28,011 nt of DNA from Octopus sinensis (GCF_006345805.1 NW_021827589.1:1-28011); one strand, 5' to 3'; shown: positions 12,146 through 21,838, counted from the first letter of the stretch. Program-made: numbers and translations. Notes: generated by a model not told the origin, from the sequence alone.

Positions 12146-12639
12146 TAACTACATATAGATTGGATTTCTGTCAATGTCTACTATTGTCCCACAATCTCTG
12201 GTTTTGTATCTTCTTTTTTTTTCTCTTTTGAAATCAACGACAATCCACCCACCCACCCCCCACCCACACACACAAACAAACACACAACAATAAAAACAAC
12301 GAGAACAACAGCAACAACAACACACACACGAACACATACAAACATGTCCCCCTACACACACACACACACGGGCGCAATCACGATACATAAGAATCTGTTT
12401 TTTCCTGTTGTTTTCGTTTTGTTTTTCTCGTATTCTTGCATATTTGTGAGTTCGTAATTTTTTTCATCCTTTCCTTCCTTCCTTCCTCTTATTACATTCG
12501 TAATTACTGACAGCGCGGCAATTAGTCATCCGTGTAATAGATGTGGTTGTTGGCGTTGCTATTGTTGTTAATGATAATAGACACACAAAAACGATAGCAA
12601 CGACGATGATAATTGTAATATAGTAATGATAACAACACT

Positions 12640-12831
12640 AATTTATAATAATAATAATAATAATCTAATAATAATAATAATAATAATAATATAATAATAA
12701 TAATAATGATATTTTAATCAATAATAATAATATAATAATGATAATAATAATGATAATAATAATAATAATGATGATAATATAATGATAATGATAATATAAT
12801 AATAATAATGATAATAATAATAATAATAATA

Positions 12832-12867
<36 letters not shown>

Positions 12868-12879
12868 TAATAATAATAA
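12640..12879. repeat. (TAA)n array
   Basis: Seen directly. Confidence 0.95.
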
Positions 12880-13099
12880 GTGCAAAAGATTGTCTTAACT
12901 GGTACATCACACGTATTGAGAGAGCATTGTCGATGTGAGAACTGTTGCTGCTCATGTATTTTAATTTAACTTTAAAAAAAAATGAACAAACTACTGAGTT
13001 TGGTTTAATGGCCTACCAATGTATGCTATGAGTTTCTTTGCCCTAGGAGTCGGGAAGACACTCGGCAAGAAATGGAAGCAAATTTGAAAGAAAAAAAAG

Positions 13100-13100
<1 letters not shown>
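12880..13100 (+). mobile_element. Extreme 3' end of an R4/Dong-like LINE (same subfamily as 14928-15289)
   Basis: VQKIVLTGTSHVLR/ALSM* plus a 3'UTR nearly identical to 15070-15289. (TAA)n on both sides. Confidence 0.8.
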
Positions 13101-13151
<51 letters not shown>

Positions 13152-13154
<3 letters not shown>

Positions 13155-13650
13155 GCCCTGTTGTAGTACCAGGCAGTGGCTCTCAGTGGAAGTGTTATCA
13201 TGTACATTGTTTTGTCTTGGTATAAAAGATGGGCTACAGCAAATATTCTGCTCAATACCACATATTTGCTTGTCAGTTGTTTGGCCATAACCAGTTGAGC
13301 ATGTCCCTTGGTGGCTGACGATATGTGCATCCCTCATCACGAGCAAAAGTAGCTAAGGAGCTTCATAGCCATGGGTTGAGAGGGATTCTTTGGGGTTTGA
13401 ATAATTCACCTCTGGAAACAGGGACCTTTTGAGCGGGATGGGCTACTCAACCTGAAGAAAATTCTAACTGGTCCCCACCTGCAAGATTATGCGCTGTTTC
13501 TCTTGATATGAGATCACCATGTCACGTACATATGGTTGTGATGCATGTATAAGGGTACCTGGTGTACCTTTATCAGACAGGTAGTCCTGATGGGTATACT
13601 GGGCTTCGTATATTTGTCACTTTGATGGCATGCGCTGCTCTCTCTGACTC
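13152..13650. mobile_element. Unclassified ~500-bp non-coding interspersed element inserted in (TAA)n
   Basis: A complex, GC-richer island with sharp (TAA)n boundaries on both sides and no recognisable protein in any frame. Confidence 0.5.
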
Positions 13651-13688
<38 letters not shown>

Positions 13689-13773
13689 CAACAACAACAA
13701 TAATAATAATAATAATAACAACAACAACAACAATAATAATAATAACAATAATAATAATAATAACAATAATAAC

Positions 13774-13817
<44 letters not shown>

Positions 13818-13860
13818 TAATAATAACAATAATAATAATAATAATAATAATAAGAAGAAG

Positions 13861-14468
13861 AAACTACCAGGCCAACATATTAAAGAACGGCAGTAGCCCA
13901 ACATGTCGTGTATGCCGACAACAAAATGAAACCATTGATCATGTTGTCTCGAAATGCAGTCTTCTAGCGCCTACAGAGTAACTCAACAGGCATGATAGAG
14001 CTGCACAATATATTCACTGGGTAATTGCAAAACCTGGATTTGCCCTATGAAAAAAACTGGTGGGAACACAATCCACCTCCAGTGCTTGAAAATGACCACA
14101 TCTCACTCTTCTGGAACTTCACCATTCAAACTGACAGGAAGATAGATGCAAATAGGCCAGACATCATATTGAAAGACTTCAGACAAAGAACATGCCTCCT
14201 CATTGATATGACTGTCCCAATCGATATAAACGTATCTGTCAAGACATACCAAAAACTGAGCAAATATAAAGATCTTGAAATAGAAATCAGCAAAATGTGG
14301 AAGCTGAAGACTAAAACAATACCTGTTGTCATAGGTGCCCTGGGAATGATAGCGAAAGGGACTAATTGCTACCTAACTCCGATACCAGGAAACCCCAAAA
14401 TGGCAGAAATTCAAAAGATAGTGCTCATGGGAACTGCTCATATCCTACGCAAAATACTCTCTATGTAA
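13861..14468 (+). pseudogene. C-terminal part of an RLE-type LINE ORF
   Basis: CRVCRQQNETIDHVVSKC (CCHC knuckle), stop at 13979-13981, RHD motif, frameshift near 14024, then WNFTIQTDRKIDANRPDII...LLIDMTVP...KLSKYKDLEIEI...IGALG...QKIVLMGTAHILRKILSM* (PD..D/E..K endonuclease). Confidence 0.9.
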
Positions 14469-14708
14469 TCCCAAGGTTTAAAACAAACTTTTTTATTTAT
14501 TTATTTATTTTATTTTATGTTATTTTATTTTATTTTATTTCTTTTTTTAAATTTTTATGTATTAGACATTCACTAGTACAACACCAAAAAAAAACAACAA
14601 CAAAAACCCCAAATATATGGCACAGAACTTCCAACCTGTTGTCTCTTGAGGTCTCTGGGTGAGACTTGGAGCCAACTTGTACAGACATAAAGCAAAAGTC
14701 AAACATAG
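13861..14708 (+). mobile_element. 5'-truncated R4/Dong-like non-LTR retrotransposon (zinc knuckle, RLE, 3'UTR)
   Basis: Coding remnant 13861-14468 followed by a 3'UTR that ends in (TAA)n. (TAA/CAA)n lies upstream. Confidence 0.9.
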
Positions 14709-14927
14709 AATAATAATAATAACAACAATAATAATAATAATAACAATAATAATAATAATAATAATAATAACAATAATAATAATAATAACAATAATAATAA
14801 TAATAACAATAATAACAATAATAATAATAATAATAATAATAACAATAATAATAATAATAATAACAACAATAATAATAATAACAATAATAATAATAATAAT
14901 AACAATAATAACAATAATAACAATAAT

Positions 14928-15289
14928 ACTCATTGAAATTGAGAAAATGTGGCATACTCATTGAAATTGAGAAAATGTGGCATCTCAAGGCGGTACAATA
15001 CCAGTGATCGTAGAGCACTAGGAATGATCAAGAAGGGAACCGAAATTATATCCCTGCAAGAAGCAAAAGATTTGTCTTACACTGGTACATCACACGTATT
15101 GAGAAGAGCATTGTCGATGTGAGAACTGTTGCTGCTCATGTATTTTTTATTTAACTTAAAAAAAAAAAAAAATGAACGAACTACTGAGTTTGGTTTAATG
15201 GCCTACCAATGTATACTATGAGTTTCTTTGCCCTAGGGGTTGGGAAGACACTCGCAAGAAATGGAAGCAAATTTGAAAGAAGAAAAAGT
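14928..15289 (+). mobile_element. 5'-truncated R4/Dong-like tail with a 28-bp tandem duplication at the 5' junction
   Basis: LIEIEKMWHLK/TIPVI/ALGMIKKG.../TGTSHVLRRALSM* plus 3'UTR. (TAA)n on both sides. Confidence 0.85.
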
Positions 15290-15313
15290 AATAATAATGA
15301 TTATAATAATAAC

Positions 15314-15378
<65 letters not shown>

Positions 15379-15486
15379 TAAAAATAATAATAACAATAAC
15401 AATAATAATAATAATAACAACAACAACAATAATAATAATAAAAATAATAATAATAACAACAATAATAATAATAATAACAACAACAA

Positions 15487-15617
15487 TGGATTATCAGGAT
15501 GTTTCTAAGCACTTGAAAGACAGCTGAAAACTTTTGGATACCAAAGATTAAATGTAATAACCCGCTATTCTTGCAAATCGTACCAGGAGTGAAACCGAAC
15601 CTCAGCCAAACCAAAAT
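15487..15617 (+). mobile_element. Short unclassified island in (TAA)n, possibly another LINE 3' end
   Basis: A 130-bp complex segment bounded by (TAA)n; no confident translation. Confidence 0.3.
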
Positions 15618-15638
15618 GATAATAATAATAATAATAAT

Positions 15639-15723
15639 CCTTAGTGTCCAACTTGACCGTCATTTTATCGAACCCGAATGGATGAAACGCACAGTCAACC
15701 ACGTTGGAATTGAACTCAGAACC
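15639..15723 (-). mobile_element. Fragment of the second SINE family (B-box-like motif plus central domain)
   Basis: Minus strand GAGTTCAATTCC (15717-15706) then GTTGACTGTGCGTTTCATCCATTCGGGTTCGATAAAATGA, ending GGATTATTATT. Homologous to 7628-7737. Confidence 0.6.
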
Positions 15724-15724
15724 A

Positions 15725-15733
15725 CCAGCAGCG

Positions 15734-15810
<77 letters not shown>

Positions 15811-15832
15811 ACTACTACTACTATTATTACTA

Positions 15833-15873
<41 letters not shown>

Positions 15874-16172
15874 ACTACTACTATTACTACTACTACTACT
15901 ACTACTACTACTGCTGCTACTACTACTACTACAACTACTACTACTTACTACTACTACTGCTGCTGCTGCGGCACTACTACTACTATTACTTACTACTACT
16001 ACTACTACTACTACTACTGCTGATACTATTACTACTAGTACTACTGCTGCTGCTGCTACTACTACTACTACTACTACTACTGCTGCTACAACTATTACTA
16101 CCACTGCTGCTGCTGCTACTACTACAACTACTCTACTACTCTACTACTACTACTACTACTACTCTACTACTA

Positions 16173-16213
<41 letters not shown>

Positions 16214-16388
16214 ACTACTACTACTACTATTACATACTACTATACTACTACTATGCTGCTGCTGCTGCTGCTGCTGTACTACTACTATTACTACTTACTA
16301 CTACTACTACTACTACTGCTGCTACTACTACTACTACAACTACTACTACTACTACTACTACTGCTGCTGCTGCTACTATTACTACTAT

Positions 16389-16422
<34 letters not shown>

Positions 16423-16527
16423 GCTGATACTATTACTACTAGTACTACTGCTGCTGCTGCTACTACTACTACTACTACTACTACTGCTGCTACAACTATT
16501 ACTACCACTGCTGCTGCTACTACTACA

Positions 16528-16578
<51 letters not shown>

Positions 16579-16693
16579 ACTACTACTACAACTACTACAA
16601 CTACTACTACTGATGCTGTTGCTGCTACTATTACTACTACTACTACTACTACTACTGCTGATACTATTACTACTAGTACTACTGCTGCTGCTG

Positions 16694-16725
<32 letters not shown>

Positions 16726-17059
16726 GCTGCTACAATTACTACTACTACAACAACAACTACTACTACTACTACTGCTGCTGATACTATTACTACTAGTACT
16801 ACTACTGCTGCTGCTACTACTACTGCTGCTGCTGCTACTACAACTACTACTACTGCTGCTGCTGCTGCTACTATTACTACTATTACTACTACTACTACTA
16901 CTACTGCTGCTACAACTATTACTACCACTGCTGCTGCTACTACTACAACTACTACTACTACTACTACTACTACCACAATTACTACTACTACAACAACAAC
17001 TACTACTACTACTACTACTGCTGCTGATACTATTACTACTAGTACTACTACTGCTGCTG

Positions 17060-17094
<35 letters not shown>

Positions 17095-17104
17095 ACTACT
17101 ACTA

Positions 17105-17136
<32 letters not shown>

Positions 17137-17160
17137 ACTACTACTACTACTACAACTACA

Positions 17161-17194
<34 letters not shown>

Positions 17195-17200
17195 CTACTA
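15725..17200. repeat. ~1.5-kb (CTA/CTG)n trinucleotide satellite with higher-order duplications
   Basis: Seen directly; explains the 509-, 348- and 305-aa homopolymeric ORFs. Confidence 0.95.
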
Positions 17201-17780
17201 CCTGACAATTCGGCCTATATCTCTCTATTATAATAAAAAGCGTGATTTTCTGTTCCTCTGTCTCTCTCTGTCCGTTCTGGCGAAATATAACTTTCAAGTA
17301 ACTTATTTGGGGGAACTGAAATGGAAGACTATGAATTTATTCAAATTATTCATGGAATAATCAAGGTCTGTGTTTTATTTTGGTCAGAGTTTATACTTTG
17401 TTCCTTCGCCACAGAAAAAAAACAAAGATGTCCATAAATATTTAATGTTCAAATTCAACAACAGAGTGTGTGGTTAATAAAAAGAAAGTTTATGACAGGG
17501 AAACTGGAAGTTTGTTTTTATAGACTATGTAGGCATAATTCGCACCTGCTTTTCAATCTCAATACTTAAGCTACGCATAATACTGCTGTAGTACACGTGC
17601 TGCGTACACTCCTACAACACCGTTTTCTTTACGTGCTATAAAGGCAGATATAAATCTCGTTCAACTCAGTTGCGTGGTTGTGCTTCGCTTTTTGCGTGTT
17701 TTACTACATATATGTCACCAACTGCCTACCTTGAGTCATTACTGACAACACGTGCCTGCTCAAACCCGAGCAGTTGTATT

Positions 17781-18193
17781 ACTCTTTTTACTCTTTTACT
17801 CTTTTACTTGTTTCAGTCATTTGACTGCGGCCATGCTGGAGCACCGCCTTTAATAGAGCAAATCGACCCCGGGACTTATTCTTTGTAAGCCCAGTACTTA
17901 TTTTATGGGTCTCTTTTGCCGAACCGCTAAGTGACGGGGACGTAAACACACCAGCATTGGTTGTCAAGCAATGCTAGAGGGACAAACACAGACACACAAA
18001 CACACACATACATACATATATACATATATACGACAGGCTTCTTTCAGTTTCCGTCTACCAAATCCACTCACAAGACATTGGTCTGCCCGGGGCTATAGCA
18101 GAAGACACTTGCCCAAGATGCCACGCAATGGGACTGAACCCGGAACCATGTGGTTGGTTAGCAAGCTACTTACCACACAGCCACTCCTGCGCC
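17781..18193 (-). mobile_element. Full-length tRNA-derived SINE (Octopus-type)
   Basis: Starts GGCGCAGGAG, with A-box-like TGGCTGTGTGG, B-box-like GGTTCAGTCCC, an internal (TA/TG) microsatellite and a tandem AAAAGAGT tail. Near-identical to 20902-21304. Confidence 0.92.
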
Positions 18194-18224
18194 TATATAA
18201 AGACATTTTTTTAAAACAAATGCA

Positions 18225-18440
18225 ACTTGAAGAAATGTGCTTACAGAGCAAGCGGAGAAAAAAACATCTTTGATGGTTTAGCATTATCTGACAGGAAAAT
18301 ACTTCAGGATATCGTACAGGAGAACAATTCAGTAGGGGAAGCCAGTACCATCATGAAAAACTGTGGACAATAGTTGTGAATGTGGTAGAATGTGACTTTC
18401 TTTTGTTGGTTTCAAGAGCCACATGAGAAAGTATGATGAT
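18225..18440 (+). pseudogene. Possible RTE-type LINE C-terminal remnant
   Basis: SCECGRM*LSFVGFKSHMRKY (from 18372) is two single-base changes from CxCGRxCxSxxGxKSHxRxH, the C-terminal motif I recall for RTE-clade ORFs. Family assignment is from memory. Confidence 0.4.
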
Positions 18441-18908
18441 GTGAATAAGGTGGAGTATCTCCGGAAACATTTTGAAGGGCAACATAAGGGGCTCAAAGAG
18501 ATGAAGTAGAAAACTAGCATAAAAAGTCCTTTTGATGAACTAGTTGACAACTAATAACAATGTATGCGCATGCGTGTAAACATGCGTGTTCTCTTCAGTT
18601 TTTAGTTAGTTAAATTCTTTTTGTTGAGAATAGGGCTGGATTCTAACAAATATATAAAGCTCCATCGTTGAAATGTAGAGAACGAAAACAATGTAAAATT
18701 TCAAACTTGAGAAAAGTCTTGCATATTTTTACTGTTCCTCTTACAAACTGTATCTGCGATGCGCGTGTAGATTGGTTGATGTCTTTTTCTGAAAATCTTA
18801 GCTTATCTAGATTCTCCCTTCGTCATTCACTCACAAAATAATACGATCCTATTATCATTGGTACAAAAGTAAATTTGTAATCTGGATATCCAAAATGGAG
18901 CTCTCATT

Positions 18909-19692
18909 GTATGTATGTATGTATGTATGTATGTATGTATGTATGTATGTATGTATGTATGTATGTATGTATATGCATGTATGTATGTATGTATGTATGT
19001 ATGTATGCATGTATGTTTGTATGCATGTGTGTGTATGTATGCTTGCATGCATGTATGTGTGTGTGTGTGTATGTATGTATGAGTGAGTGTAAGTTGTTTA
19101 CTTATCGGCTCATACGCACTAATTCTAGATCTATTCCAAAATACATAATGAGTATCAGATAGGAAGACGTTGATAGATATCTACTGTGAATACGTTAATG
19201 CACTTTAATATTATCACATTACATCTGGATTAATATAGGCTTCGTTATGGAGCCTTTAGAATATTAAAGAAAAGATTAATCCTCTATCGTAACAGCGCCG
19301 AAACGAGATAAGATATATAGATATTCATACTTTCTAAAGATATATGTGTGTGTGTATATACATACGAACGTATATGTGTGTGTGTGTATGTTCATGTGTG
19401 TATATATGTGTGTGTATGCTCATAGACGCACATATATATCTATATATGTATGTTGATTATATATATATATGATTATATATATATATATATATACATGCCT
19501 ATATATACATCCATATATATGTTTATATATATACATATATATATATATGCATATATATATATACATATATAAATACTATACATATATATATGTATGTATG
19601 AAATATATACATACATATATATATGTATGTTTTATATATACATACATACATACATACATATATATATTTGCATGTATGTATATATAATATAT

Positions 19693-19745
<53 letters not shown>

Positions 19746-19759
19746 AGACAGATATAAAC

Positions 19760-19790
<31 letters not shown>

Positions 19791-19830
19791 TATCTACATA
19801 TATCACGATACTGAAGTGTGTATATATGTA
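18909..19830. repeat. (TATG)n at 18909-19082 and (TA/TG)n at 19320-19830
   Basis: Seen directly. Confidence 0.9.
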
Positions 19831-20184
19831 TGTATGTTTTGTAAGCGCGTGTTGGAGTCTTTGTGTCTTTGAAACTCGTTTTAAGAATTCAAATCCCCAA
19901 ACAGATTATTTGTCTTCTGTTCATCTATTTTCTCAAATTCTTCATTTATGTTTTATTTTTTTTTGCCTTTTTTTTTATATGAAATATAAACGTGTTCTCA
20001 TAACTTTGTTAACGAGTTCCTGCCATATATTACCAGCTTTAAAATCTCTGATTATATATATATATATATATAGAAAATAGTAAAAAGTGAAAAAACTACA
20101 GAAGGCTGTTTTAAAAGGTTAAAAAATATATTTGAGTCATTTATGTCAGAAGAATGTTATAAAATTTTTTCATACAGTGACATA

Positions 20185-20236
20185 GTTTTTGAAGAAATTA
20201 CCGGTTTCGTGTTAGCTTTTCAAATTTCTCAAAAAC
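20185..20236 (-). ncRNA. Type I minimal hammerhead ribozyme candidate, U3-A8 core variant
   Basis: Minus strand GTTTTTGAGAAAT-TTGAAAA-G(CTAACA)C-GAAA-CCGG-T-A-ATTTCTTCAAAAAC: 13-bp stem I with one bulge, palindromic stem III ACCGGT and a GUA triplet. Confidence 0.7.
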
Positions 20237-20237
20237 A

Positions 20238-20272
<35 letters not shown>

Positions 20273-20278
20273 AAATAG

Positions 20279-20320
<42 letters not shown>

Positions 20321-20409
20321 TCTGTTGTGTCTGGAGAGAGTCATTCTCTTTTGGTGCCTTATTATTTAACACACTCACCGGTAAAATTTCCACTTGTTTA
20401 TTTCTTTTT

Positions 20410-20446
20410 CTAAAATTTTCGTAGCGTCTTGAAACCTTTTCAATAG
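20410..20446 (-). ncRNA. Degraded minimal hammerhead-like motif, U3-A8 variant
   Basis: Minus strand CTA-TTGAAAA-G-GTTTC(AAGAC)GCTAC-GAAA-ATT-T-TAG: 3-bp stem I, palindromic AATT stem III, and a stem II with two mismatches. Confidence 0.4.
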
Positions 20447-20901
20447 TTGTCAACCCTGTATACTACATGTATGCATACATTATGCATATAGAGACGATCA
20501 TTTGCATAAACAATTAAATCTGCTTGGTTTCCATGTTATAAAGATATATTCATATATACATGCATAGAGAAAGAATGCAAAGTCTTACTATGAATAATTC
20601 AAGTATAAAGATATACGTGTTTATATAATCATTGAGCAATCCTGTACAGAATACTCAAAGCAGGGAAATTAAAGGGGAGAAGGCGTGTTGTTACCAACCC
20701 GACGGCTGTTTCTGGATAAATCCAGCGGCCGCCTTCAAGGTAGAGAAAACTCTGACACTTCGCATCACGATGCAGAGAGGTTTCAAGGTGGAATGTGTAA
20801 AGTGAATTGTAAAAAGCAGTGAAAGGATGAAGTAGGTACTCGGAGCGGGTGTGGGGTGTGTTGAAGCATGTAACGAAGAGATAAGATATTTTCAGAAATA
20901 T

Positions 20902-21304
20902 ACTCTTTACTCTCTTTTACTCTTTTACTTGTTTCAGTCATTTGACTACGGCCATGCTGGAGCATCGCCTTTAGTCGAGCAAATCGACCCCGGGACTTAT
21001 TCTTTGTAAGCCCAGTACTTATTCTATCGGTCTCTTTTGCCGAACCGCTAAGTGACGGGGACGTAAACACACCAGCATCGGTTGTCAAGCAATGCTAGGG
21101 GGACAAACACACACACACACATACACATATATACATATATACGACAGGCTTCTTTCAGTTTCCGTCTACCAAAGCCACTCACAAGGCATTGGTCGGCCCG
21201 GGGCTATAGCAGAAGACACTTGCCCAAGATGCCACGCAGTGGGACTGAACCCGGAACCATGTGGTTGGTTAGCAAGCTACTTACCACACAGCCACTCCTG
21301 CGCC
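20902..21304 (-). mobile_element. Full-length tRNA-derived SINE (second copy)
   Basis: Same A/B boxes, body and AAAAGAGT tail as 17781-18193; about a dozen substitutions by eye. Confidence 0.92.
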
Positions 21305-21838
21305 TATGTATGTTTATGTATATGTATATGTATATGTATATTTCTGTTGAGTTGTTTTAATTTTTCTGTTAAATTTGGAATCATATTCAGTTTATATATA
21401 AGTATTTATAAGTTTAAGATTACAGACACTGTGATTATTGCTATCTCTATATATTAATGGTTTTTCTTACCTTTTCCTTTCGTTTCCTTAATTTTCATTC
21501 CTTGTCTCCTGAAACTTCAGGGAAATTTCACTATTCTCTCAGTTTTTTTACCTAGAATTATTTTCTATGAGAAAATAAATAGCTGGATTTCCCTTTATTA
21601 CAGCTAATGTGCTATTACCACTGCAATTATTTGCCGGTGAGCTCTGATAAATATGAATTAAGTAATTGAATAAGTAGCGATTGAATTCATTATGCAAATC
21701 ACTCCTTATATAAACACAGTAAATCTCTTTTCTTAACTAGAAAACAATGGTAACCTTAAAGCTGTGTTGAGCACGCATTCTCGTCGTTCGATATTTACGT
21801 ACACACACACAAACACACACACACACACACACACATAC

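Noticed and set aside
9156-15617. CRISPR-like repeat-spacer reading of (TAA)n blocks alternating with unique islands
   Set aside because: The repeats are variable-length microsatellites, the spacers are 130-850 bp retroelement fragments, the DNA is eukaryotic and there are no cas genes.
15722-17205. Thr/Ala-rich mucin-like reading of the CTA/CTG satellite
   Set aside because: The ACT/GCT frame shifts several times between ~15940 and 16290 and ends at TGA near 17202 with no convincing splice sites. Satellite evolution explains it. Spliced RNA-seq reads would reopen the question.
17299-17365. Possible 67-nt coding exon (NLFGGTEMEDYEFIQIIHGIIK) with an AAG/GTCTGT donor
   Set aside because: The acceptor (TTTCAAG) is atypical and separated from the pyrimidine tract, and I recognise no homologue. 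It cannot be supported without RNA-seq or BLASTx.
18151-18183. tRNA gene suggested by A/B-box-like motifs
   Set aside because: The boxes belong to SINE heads. No cloverleaf is evident and the sequence continues into the SINE body.
18592-18598. CTGAAGA on the minus strand
   Set aside because: No GAAA, stem III or stem I partner follows it.
20650-20739. Possible 90-nt exon (NTQSREIKGEKACCYQPDGCFWINPAAAFK) in a GC-richer unique island
   Set aside because: Weak acceptor and donor (GTAGAG), no recognisable protein family, and no partner exons identified.
17770-21320. Target-site duplications for the two full SINEs, or a composite element between them
   Set aside because: I found no matching direct repeats in the flanks, and the interval has no transposase or shared outer TSD.
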